DNA from: Eledone cirrhosa
Taxonomy: Eukaryota
DNA: 64,000 nucleotides
Direction: 5' to 3'
Assembly: GCA_964016885.1 (NCBI GenBank)
Contig: OZ024740.1
Location: forward strand, 218,798,001-218,862,000
Shown piece by piece: positions 53,601 through 64,000 of this stretch. The position numbers and the translations under genes are program-made. Within the stretch, counting starts at the first letter, position 1. Each line of letters starts with the position of its first letter. The notes beneath the pieces are model-generated. The model searched no databases. It was not told the origin of the DNA and worked only from the letters and a program-made list of their open reading frames with translations.

Positions 53601-53664
53601 TTATGTACATATATTTATGTATACAATAGATCTATATGTCAGTGACCATATATTTGTATATATA

Positions 53665-53742
53665 CAACAGATTTCTGTGTTTGTGATTATATCTGCATAT
53701 ATGCAACAGATTTCTGTGTTTGTGATTATATCTGCATATATG
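53665..53742. repeat. Perfect 39-bp tandem duplication
   Basis: caacagatttctgtgtttgtgattatatctgcatatatg x2. Confidence 0.93.
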
Positions 53743-54844
53743 CTTAAAATTATGTATTCAACAGATTAATATGTCTATGACCTATATATATATTTGTGCA
53801 TAGATATGTAAAAGAAATGTATTAATACTAAGAAGCCAACTCAGTTCAAAACCAATCAAATAAGTCTTATTGCCCACATGTATATGTCACAATGGCCTGG
53901 ATGTTCTGAAATACACATCAGATAAAAGCCCAATTGCACTTCTCTATATGCCACTGCCAGTGGACATTCTTCTGAAATGGGGTTAGGGGGTGGGGTCCCT
54001 TATTTCCAAGTTAAACATTTTCTTAAAGAGAGGTTTTGAGAGTTTTCATAACCTAAAACAATTTTATATGGTAGTATTCTTGATATTTCAGCCTAAATAA
54101 TGAATTTCTGCTTCTCTGAGGTTTATGTTGTTACTGTTGGCTATTGCATACATGTATACATATGATTACAGGCATGCATAGCTGGATTTCGTTTTTGTTT
54201 GGTTCTGCATATTTTAGTCTGCTGTGCATGTAATGCCATTGAAAGCTGATTTCTGCATAAGGTTTGACATTTAATAATGTTCTATCACATATTAAGTAGT
54301 GGTGGTAAAGGGAGGGGTTCTCTCTCTTTAGTTCCTCTCCTATCCCCCTCCCCAGTTCAATTATCAAACAGCTTGTTGACAGTATTGATCTAATTTGTAA
54401 CACCCACCCTCTCTTACACACCCAACCTAATTTAAAAGCCTATTGTTAATTTCAGGATTTATTATTATTTTTTTTTTATGCACCATATGGTGAAAAACAT
54501 AATACACTAAGTATTAATATTAATGTTATTACTGTTGTTGTTGCCACACTAAAGTGCCCTCAGTACACTCTGTAAAGTAAGTGGTTGGTAATCTAACTAC
54601 CAACATATGGCGGTGTCATGAGGACATGGTAACCTTTCTGGGGCTGGTACCAACAATAAAATGCATTCACTATATTCTGTAAAGTGGTTGGTGTCAGCAA
54701 AAGCATTTAATCATAGAAACCATGCCAAAAATTGGAACATCAAGGAGGATAGTAGCTCCAAATATGTCGTCTTGGGCCACAGCAACCCACCCAACCCATA
54801 CATTGAAATTATGTAAAATTTATTATTATTATTATTATTAGTAG

Positions 54845-55140
54845 TAGTATGCAGACCTTGTAGGTGCTATTACAACTGAGCACTATGTAGGGACAAAAAT
54901 TGTGCTAATCGTCATTGGGGCACTAGGCATGGTACCTAAATGCCTCACATCTTTCATCAAAAGCCTTGGGATCCCCGACTTCATGGGCATTGCCCAAATT
55001 TCTACCATATCTAGCACTGCCAGAATTCTACCTGATATATTAAGCCTCTGAGATCACAGACTGATCTGAAGCCAATTGATGTGTCACCTAGCAACCAATT
55101 GCTAGAGAAACCTTTCAAGGTGTGGAGGTCGGGAATTATT
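54845..55140 (+). mobile_element. R4/Dong-like LINE extreme 3' fragment
   Basis: YADL..IVLIVIGALGMVPK..LGIP..STARIL..ILSL*, a typical RLE C-terminus. (ATT)n on both sides. Confidence 0.7.
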
Positions 55141-55160
55141 ATTATTATAATTATGGGTAG

Positions 55161-55385
55161 GGCGGTGGATTGGCAGTATCAGTTGAGGGTTGGGCGCCAT
55201 GCTTTGCAGCATAGTTACGGCCCTTTATGATCTGAGTTCAAATCCCATAGAGGTTAACTTTGCTTTTCATCCTTACGTGGTTGATAAAATAAAGTACCAG
55301 TCAGGCACTGGGGTCGATTTAATCGAATTCCCCCTCCCCCAAAATTGCTGGCCCTGTGCCTGTATAAGAAACAATTATTATAATT
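55161..55385 (+). mobile_element. Full-length family A SINE
   Basis: ggcggtggattggcag (A-box-like), gagttcaaatcc (B-box), tttcatccttacgtggttgataaaataaagtaccag core and an (ATT)n tail. Confidence 0.88.
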
Positions 55386-57588
55386 ATGGTTGGTGGATTG
55401 GCTGAATCATTAGTGTCAGACTTTGCAATTCAACAAAAAGTTCTCAGTTCAAATCCTGCTGAGGTCAATTTTATCTTTTATTCTTCTGGAGATTAATAAA
55501 GTAAAGTACCGGACAAGCATTGAACATGGATCTGGGAAACCGTCTATGGGAAAACCTAATCCCGCCATTCACCAGGAAATGTACTTGAAGTCACAACACC
55601 ATCTTGGTGTTTATATTTTCACTTCATTATTTAATATTCCAAGCCTAGAACAAGCTTTGGTAAATAAGTTACATGTGGCTTATTGCTCCTATTTTTTGTT
55701 TTCTTTATTTTATAAGGGGGGTGGGGGACTTATTTATGGGCACACAAGTGTCCCCCCCCCCCCCCCGTTCCTTCCAGCCTTTTCTATCACTCCACATTTA
55801 TTACCCCTGTCTTGCTTTCATAAATCGTGGCACTTCTCACACTTGCAACATACACCTTTCCCTTCAATTTCAGTGACACTTCCCTCTACATTAGCACACC
55901 ATTCAGTCTCTGGAACTTCTAAACCCTCTGACCCCCCCCCCCCCCCACACACACACACACAACTGAAGCCACCATTACTTAGTCCATTCCATCTTCTCCA
56001 GTCAGTAGGTCCCCTTGGTAACAAGATGTGAGAATAAATTACCTTATATACTCAAATAGTAGTTCAGTCCATCTATTTACAAGTATACATGGTAATTCCC
56101 ACGGTTTGAATAAAATCTGTAGGGTCAAGGAGTAAGGAGTCCACAGCTGTGTACTCATGTCTTTTGCCTGGAATTTAGTATAGCAACATACTTTCATAGA
56201 GATGCTAACAATAGACTGTCACCTGAGAGCCGTGTTTTTCAATCGGAAATGATATTTTGTTTTGCTTTTTATAATAATAATAAAAAAAAAAAAAACTAAT
56301 AAATGAAATTCACTAAACTTTTAGTTCTGATTATAGAGGCCGAAATAGTAGGTGGGGGGGGGGGCAAAATTTCATCTTTCATTATCAACAATGTGTCAAA
56401 AGATTTGATTTGCCTTGTAGTCTGTTATATAAATATTTAATGTCATCAACTCTGGTCCTAAATAAATAGTTCATCAAATGTGGCAGCTGCAAGCTATTGT
56501 CATGAGATCTCACTATCTGTCATTAACTGGTAGTAGCTACTCTAAAGGGAAATATAATAAATGCCACTGTCTTACTTTCAGATTGATTCTCAATACAAGG
56601 TCACTCACATAGCTCAGTGGTTAAGAAGTTCACATCACAATCATATCTCTAGTCCCCACTGCTAGGCATTTTGACCAAATGAAATTGGGTATGTGGAAAC
56701 AATGGAAGCTTGTTGGATGGACTGCACCTGTAATCGACACTGATTCCATTTGAAAATGGCGTTATTGATCATAGATGTGTGTGTGTCTATTTTTATAATT
56801 TATCAATTTGTCAACAGATTTACAATGAATTTCACAAAAGACACCTAAAACTTGTTACTTTCTCTGCTCATTTGTCATTGAATGTCTGTAAACAATCAAT
56901 TGATTACTTGCTTGTCATGTTGATTTATTGTCACAAATACACTGAGATGTCATCTCAAACAGAGATGGATGCTGTATTAACTATTTCTTTCATAGCTAAA
57001 ATAACAAATTGAATTTCAAATTATCCTTTATCAAATGTCAATATATCTTTTGAAAGGGAAATGCAATGAAAATATAACAAATTCATTTTCATTAACTTAA
57101 TTTTCTCTCAAAAAGAAGCAATAATTTCCCCCCCCAAAATATTTCTTGTTTTATGTATTATTTTTATTATATATATATATATATAATCTTCTGTCACTAT
57201 ATATTTCATGCCAAGTGATTCAAGTTTGAATCTTTTTATTTTAGCTTTTTTTTCTTCTTTGCTTCTTTGCTCTCTGTAAATGGTAAACCAAACTTATCAG
57301 CACTATTGATTCTCTCAGACCTCTACAATAAAAATGTTACACCACGAACAAGTCAATTTATTTAGAGAAAAAAGAAAAAAAACTTATAAAAACTGTTGAA
57401 ATTTATGCAACAGTTTGCAGCCTTGTTGCTGACAACAATCATTTTAAGGCCATTTTTTTTTTGCTAACGTACAAGTTAGTTAACCTTGTGGTTCTCATGG
57501 CAAGCTTTTCCATTTTCTCTAGTGTTTGCACCACACTCACTAGCCTCCTGACTTCCATTTGCTCTTTCATTATTTTTAGCCATGCAAT

Positions 57589-57784
57589 GGCGGTGGATTG
57601 GCAGTATCGGTAGAGGGTCGGACGCCATGCTTTGATGCATAGGGTTACGGCCCTTGCCATTCTGAGTTCCTCTTGCCTGCCGAGGTTAACTTTGCCTTTC
57701 ATCCTTACAGGGTCGATAAAATAAAGTACCAGTAATGCACTGGGTATTTGCTGGCCTTGTGCCAAAAAGTAGAAACAATTATTT
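57589..57784 (+). mobile_element. Young family A SINE
   Basis: CpGs retained. Nearly identical to 61322-61510 and to the reverse complement of 48830-48982. B-box altered (gagttcctcttgcc). Confidence 0.88.
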
Positions 57785-58164
57785 TTAGCCATGGACCCCT
57801 CCCCCACTTCTTGCTACAATCATTTCCATCACTTCTCTCTCCATCATTTTCATTCTTCAACAATATGACACAACCATCTCATTGCACTTCTCTTCACAAT
57901 GTTTATCACTGGCTCTATTGTCATTATGTTCTGCAACAATATATAATTGTAAAGTAAATATAACAGTTTTGGGTTTTTTTTTTAATGTTTGAAATTTACT
58001 CTTTCACACTTTCAACACAGTTTCAAATCAAGTCACTTGCCAAGCAAGAAATAATAATGTTGTTTTACTGATTACATTTCTATAACTTAACTTACTACTG
58101 AAATTTCTAAGAATTGATTTACAGGATGTTAAATGATTTGATTATTTCCTTTTGTCTTTTGTAG

Positions 58165-58313
58165 CTGTACAAGAAGAGCGTCAACGTGTGAAAGAAAAAG
58201 GAGAAGGCGAGGTAGAGAGCACCAGCAGTGCAAATGTTGATATGCCTGTTGAACGAATCTTAGAAGCTGAGTTAGCTGTAGAACCAAAGATAGAAACCTA
58301 CATTGATACCCAG
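58165..58313 (+). CDS. RXR: RXR internal coding exon: T-box, hinge and LBD helix 1
   Basis: Acceptor ttccttttgtcttttgtag|CT and donor CAG|gtaggt. Joined to 4266 it gives G|CT=Ala: [50 protein letters not shown], a molluscan-type RXR hinge. 149 nt, phase 1 in and phase 0 out. Confidence 0.97.
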
Positions 58314-59295
58314 GTAGGTTTCATTTCAGAAATATCCACTCGTCAAATTTTTCCGATTTATATTCAATATGCTTCTGACCTGTTATTGTATATAATCTTG
58401 TTACAGTTGGAATATATATATGTTATGTATTAATAATGCTAATTATAATTGGTATTATTGCTGATCCTTTAATTGGAATAATTACAAATAAAAGAAAGAA
58501 AATTGAGTTCAGATGAAACCTAATGAGATTCATGTTATTCACTAATCTATTATTTAACTATATTGTTTAAACATTAAAAAAAGTATTTTAAACTAATTTC
58601 CATGAGCACAATACGGTTTTGATTAATTTCCCCATTTTTGAAATGTTTCTTTTAATGAGTTTGGAATTAATTATGATAATTTCTTGTGGGTGGTGTTTGG
58701 GCAAAATGACAGCTTTATATAATAAATGTAGCTGTTTTTTGTTTGACAGGGGTTGTTAATGTAGATATAAATACAGCTGGGTTAGCATATCTTTAGACAT
58801 TAAAAACTGTTTATCAGCTCAGTCATTTGTGCCTGTTAACATCCCTGTATGTGTGAGTGGATAGGACATTATTCTTAGTAGTTTCTTTCGAAACAGCATT
58901 GTTTTTGTTGTTGTATTATTTAAATTAGTTATTGTAACTGATATGAAATAGTAATATATCCTTTAACAGTAAAACTGAATGGAATACTTTTTCTACAAAG
59001 ATTCTGTGCTTTACAGCCTTTGTAGTAAATATCTGGTAGCTGATTCAGAGATACTGTGGTGGGTTGATTGCCTCTGAAATATGCATGTCCCAACACAAAT
59101 TACTATAGTAATAGTTAATCACTATGAATATTAGCTGAGAAGATTAGATAATGTACCTCTATAAGGTAATTATATGTCCCAGAGTTAAACTTAGCTTGGT
59201 AATTGGTTCATAGACTTTGCATGCAAATGAAGCTTTAATATTAGGATTTTATAATCTACTCTAAAATTAGGTTAGAACTTTGGATGGTAGTATTA

Positions 59296-59390
59296 CCATA
59301 TATACTTGAATATAACCTGAAGAATGTGCGACCAAAATATTGATAGTATAGGACTTATATTTGGATTGGCTTATATTCAAGTATATACAG
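59296..59390. mobile_element. 95-bp Tc1/mariner-superfamily (Tc2-like) MITE
   Basis: TA|CCATATATACTTGAATATAA ... TTATATTCAAGTATATACAG|TA. The terminal differences fit CpG decay of CCG. Confidence 0.75.
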
Positions 59391-60369
59391 TAATCCATCA
59401 GCTAGTTCTTATGTGCCTTTGGCAGGGTTGACCCTACAGCAAGATATCAGAGAGGGCCACTAGTTTAGAGGTACTTCTCTCTAGCAGTCTTGGAGACTCT
59501 GAAAAAAGTTATGGTACTGAACAGTTAAAAAACAATAAACAAAATTTTGATTAATGATTGAATGTAGTAAGAACAGCTTATGTCAAAGGAATGAAACTGA
59601 GTATAAAATAATGGAAACAATAGGGCAAGACTATTATCTTCTTTATTTGTAGCATTGTAAAATGAAATTAGTCTAGCAAAACATTTTTGTGGTAATTTCT
59701 TATTACTGTATAATCTCCTATAATGTATATCTAAATAGGTATTTAATTTATTCTCATTAACAGTCAATTTGAGGTTTCATTAAATGTCACTGATACGTTT
59801 ATATTTACAATATAAAAATAGTTGATGGCAGTGTTTTGTATTTCTGATCATATTATTAATCTTTTGTTGGTTGGTCCTTACACCTGATTTCTCATGATGG
59901 CAATTTATTTTTTCTTTCTAAACAAACAGCTCCTTCTCAAAGTATTTTTTCTAAACTGCTGTTTTATTATTTAAAGTTAAGCTGTCAAATTAATTTTTAA
60001 CTAATTATTGCAACCACCCCACCCAATTCCACTCAAACATCACCTGTCATTTTAATGACTTGTTTTATTAATTATCGGTTCCATTATGTTCAAATCCATC
60101 TGAGGTCAACTTTACTTTCCATCCTTCCAACATCGATAAAATAAAGTACTCGTAATAAAAGCACCAGGGTCAATTCAGTTGATGGCTTTGTGCCTAATTA
60201 AAAACTATTTAAACATTTTTTTTTCACTTAGTATTTTGTTATTCTATCAGTATTGGATTGTTAAGTATTAAGCTGCCTCCCTGCAGTCCTAGGTATATCC
60301 ATCATCTTTTATATGCTTATTGTGCCATGCAAACAAGCTTTCTTTAGAGTCTGGAGATTCACCTCAATA

Positions 60370-61249
60370 TTCAACAAATCATTTAAACTAGCCGTATCTG
60401 GCCTGAATTTTCTCTCCTATTTCTCTTCAAACTAGCTGTTCATACTTATTTCAAGGTATTGTTCTCAAAATAATATCAAAATGTCATTGATTCAATATTG
60501 TGTGAAATAAAGTGTTTACCGTGAAAATACAATAGTAAATATAGAGTACTCATCATCATCATCATCGTTTAACGTCCATCTTTCACGGTTGCATGGGTTT
60601 GGACGGGAGGTTTCCCACTTGAGGCAAGATTTGTTGTCCTGCTTGTATAGGACTGTCTGGCGGGTTTTCTACGGCTGGATGCCCTTCCTAACACCAACCA
60701 CGTTTACAGTGTGGACTGGGAGGTTTTTACCGTGTTGCCTACACGGCCACATTACAGCGTGGACTGTGTGTTTTTTTGTTGCCTACACGACCTCATTTGT
60801 TTCGGACTGGATGTTGTGCTACCAACATAACTTCACATTTAAGGGGGTGGTGTGGATGGGGGTGGGGGTAGTGGGACGGGGGGTATTTTGTTAGAGGTGC
60901 CTACTGACTGTAGGTTTCGCTTTGTATTTAGGCAAGGCGGGTCTTCTGTATGACTCTGTAGCGCCAAAGATCTCGGTCCAGTGACATTGTCTTGGAGAGT
61001 TGTAAGTGTGTGAGGTCGGAATTTATCAAGTCGTCCCAGGTTTTTCTGGGTCTGCCTACTCCATGGCTACCGTCTATTTTTATCGCCCTGCACTTTTTTA
61101 TACAGCTGTCGTCTTTCATGCGCATCACGTGACCGTACCAACGTAGTCTTCTCTCGAGTAAACAACATCTGATCCCTCTTATTCCTAATTTCTCCCTTAG
61201 TTCGTTTATGCTTTGCATAAACAGAGTACTGTAAATGCTAAAAGGTTAA
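60370..61249. mobile_element. Family P1 MITE split by an RTE insertion
   Basis: 60370-60550 and 61231-61249 (gtaaatgctaaaagg|ttaa) together match the reverse complement of 11830-12037. Confidence 0.8.
60551..61217 (-). mobile_element. 5'-truncated RTE LINE with target-site duplication
   Basis: QSINELREKLGIRGIRCCLLERRLRWYGHVMRM..GRPRKTW with a (CAT)n tail. TSD agagtact at 60543-60550 and 61223-61230. Confidence 0.93.
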
Positions 61250-61321
61250 ACTTCATGCTACTGTCCCTAAAGATCCTATTACAATTGGGAAAATATGTTG
61301 ATTCCAGATTCTCTGCATTTC

Positions 61322-61510
61322 TGGATTGGCAGTATCGGTAGAGGGTCGGACGCCATGCTTTGCAGCAAAGAGTTACGGCCCTTTATGGTCTGAGTTCAAA
61401 TCCCGCCGAGGTTAACTTTGCCTTTCATCCTTACAGGGGTCGATAAAATAAAGTATCAGTAATACACTGGGATAATTGCTGGCCTTGTGCCAAAAGTAGA
61501 AACAATTATT
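61322..61510 (+). mobile_element. Young family A SINE
   Basis: tggattggcagtatcggtagagggtcggacgcc..gagttcaaatcccgccgaggttaactttgcctttcatccttacaggggtcgataaaataaag. Confidence 0.88.
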
Positions 61511-61974
61511 TTAGGTCTTGATATTTTTTCTATTTTTTCATCCTCTTTGTTTACTACTCTTGTATGAAACAGGAAAACATTGATTAACCAACACTCTTTT
61601 TTTCTATTATTTTCTGTATAACAGATATTGTGTCATTTTACAGTCTCAGAGATGAGCCATAATCAATGATTCTGTTGGGATTCTTTCATCAGCTCAGTTT
61701 TTGAGCATCTTAGGACATTTGTAGTTCCTAATGTGATTTCTTTTGTAACAGATCTCTTTTGATTTTGACTCTAATCTTCTTCAACCTTGATTTTCTTTTC
61801 TTTGTGATTGATTATAACCAAGAGTTTCTCACAACATCTGGCACAATTGCACCTTTCTTCATACACCACATGCAGTTTCTCTTTCCACATCTTGTTATTT
61901 CTTGATTTTTCTTCCTTTTCTCACATTCTGTTGTCACCTAGAAATGCTATATCAATGTGCAGGGTCTTTCCATT

Positions 61975-62005
<31 letters not shown>

Positions 62006-62978
62006 TCCATGATAAAAATGTCAGGTTTTCAAGTCTCTGTCACTTAAACACATTTATTGGCTGTTGAAATCCCACATCTATTATATTTCCTGCATTAGGT
62101 TGTTTCTACTGCCTATCAGCTCTGACCAAATTATACTTCATAGGAATAAAATGTTCTTGCACCTCAGTTTAAATTCTCTTTCTACTCATTTACTGCTTTT
62201 GCTCACTAGGTGGTTAATACTTTCACGCTTTCTTTTTTCTTTTATTAAAACCTCTACATAAGCGGTTAATTATTATTTATTTATTATTATTATTTAAAAC
62301 TCTATTACTTCTATACTAATTTGGACATTGTATGAAGTGTTTTGGTGATAATTTATTGATTCAACTCTTTCTATATTGACACTTTACTGTAAAGTAAAAA
62401 GAGTGGATATTCTTCACTGTAGTAATAGAGAGAAGAAATTGGTTTAAAGTATAGTTAAAATACTCTTGATTTTGAAAGATTCGGGAGGATATTGTCCTCA
62501 TCATTTTGATACCAAACTGCCCCTGATATTAAGCTGTATATTTTAAAGTATTTATATTTATCTAAAAAGATGATGTTGAAGGAGATGAAAGCCAGTAGAT
62601 TGGAAAAGGAGTATGCAGATGATAAGGCAAAAATGGGGAAACTTGTCATGGGTTCACAAGGTTAACTCTTGCTTTATCAAAGAAAATCTCCTTGAACTGT
62701 TTATGTTGCTATCTTTATCTAAAACTCTTCCATCATAATTTTATGCAATAACCATTAAGGTATGTTCCCATACCTGTTCCGTAATGAGAAAGTTTGTGTT
62801 GGTATTGACTCCTTACAAAATGATTGAAAAGGTGGTATGAAACTCATTTAGTTTATTATTTGAAGGGTTGATTTTTTTTTAAATCTACAAATATATAAAA
62901 CGTGAATTGAGGTGTGTATGAGTGCTAGCAAGGAAAACATGTTAAATGATTATGTATAGAAGGTGGAGAAGAAATATG

Positions 62979-63025
<47 letters not shown>

Positions 63026-63049
63026 TCTTATTACATCATCTCTCCATCG

Positions 63050-63520
63050 AAGGTGAAGCATTCATTTTGCTTTTTCTAATGGCTAGAATATGTGATTTGC
63101 TACACCTGCATACTTGTAAATTTCTCTGCTAACTGGAGCAATTGTGCCAACCCATTGTTGAATTAATAGTTGATCATCTACAAAGCCACTGGTGTTTATA
63201 CCACCAAGGTCATCTAATTAAACTGATGATGTCACATGAACTACTGCTTATTATGAGACAAGCAGGATTTTTATCGAGGCTTATTCCTTTAAATCCAATC
63301 TGTTCTGCTAGACTATCCTATGATAGCCATATCAGATGCACCTCGTGTAGGATATATGACTTTTCACCATACAGGTCAATCTTCAAACTGAGAGAGGCAA
63401 GGTGCTCAGCATGGATAAACATATCTTGTGCGTCATCAGTTGAATAGACACTGGGACACACGGGGATGCCACAAATTACCTCCAGTACCAACCAGTGAAA
63501 TCTGCTACAGTTGTGCATAC
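63050..63520 (-). mobile_element. Possible very old RTE-like LINE fragment
   Basis: LYGEKSYILHEVHL..QIGFKGISLDK weakly resembles the LINE LLYG.E.W..ILGI.W.DK motif. Confidence 0.3.
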
Positions 63521-64000
63521 TTTTAAATTAACGTATACATATTTACACACCACACAATATATAGATATGTACACATTATTGGATGGTCATTGATTCCCAT
63601 GAGTTCCTCCGCCCTTTCTTAGGTTTTGTTTTTCATCCTGCAAAGTGTCCAAAATCAACCTGCTCACCAAGCCAACCGGGTAGGGTTGCTGGTTTAGTCA
63701 CCAACGACCCAATGATGTGACATGTTGTACTGGGTTATATGTTACCAGTAGTACTCAAGAGTGACCTGACTGTGTGTGTGTGTAATGTAAGGTGTGGATG
63801 GCAGTAATACACACACACACACACACATGTAGTACTGCTGCCCACACTAATCAAATCCAATGAATACCATACCACAACTGAATGTAAACTGGCAACACCA
63901 TAAGTATATATAATGCTGCTCACAGATATCTACATTCATTAGAGAATCCACAAGTCTGATGAGCTATCAATTCTAGAGTCTGGTGTGATCACTAACAATT

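Larger units (their letters stand above)
4267..58164 (+). other. RXR: 53,898-bp GT-AG intron of RXR between the DBD exon and the T-box exon
   Basis: The flanking exons join in frame to give the canonical KREAVQEER. Confidence 0.93.

Noticed and set aside
53009-53769. Plus-strand ORFs of 206 and 147 aa
   Set aside because: Antisense to the GC-rich CRE fragment, with no recognisable domain.
55161-55250. tRNA gene
   Set aside because: The A/B-box-like motifs belong to a multi-copy SINE head, and no cloverleaf forms.
55423-56031. 202-aa ORF
   Set aside because: Made of SINE remnant and low-complexity C-rich sequence, with no motif or splice support.
58140-58164. Alternative upstream acceptor that would give a short T-box insert
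   Set aside because: There is no AG shortly upstream of the 58163-58164 acceptor.
61269-61292. aaagatcctattaca (KDPIT), resembling the next RXR exon (KDPVTNICQAADKQL)
   Set aside because: No preceding AG acceptor, and similarity ends after five codons. The next exon appears to lie beyond the window.
63950-64000. CTGATGAG as a hammerhead or C/D box
   Set aside because: No GAAA partner or stems are visible before the window ends.

Overview
AT-rich animal genomic DNA, most likely a mollusc. The protein sequence and repeat types point to Octopus or another coleoid (inference). The window lies inside a retinoid X receptor (RXR/NR2B) gene on the + strand. Two coding exons are clear: 4109-4266 (P-box and second zinc finger, CEGCKGFF...GMKRE) and 58165-58313 (T-box, hinge and start of the [11 protein letters not shown]...TYIDTQ). 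They are separated by a 53,898-bp phase-1 intron. The rest is intron filled with TEs: RTE LINEs (one with a PHD-like finger inside the RT domain), a fossil piggyBac transposase, R4/Dong-like and CRE-like LINE fragments, hAT, mariner, pogo and TTAA MITEs, two tRNA-derived SINE families and microsatellites. The best leads are a perfect 182-bp spacer-less palindrome (25659-25840), a TE-poor island at about 26.3-29.5 kb with candidate alternative exons at the RXR T-box junction, and the RT-embedded PHD finger. Almost all listed ORFs are spurious or TE debris. TE boundaries are approximate unless a TSD is quoted. Family names come from motif recognition, not database searches.
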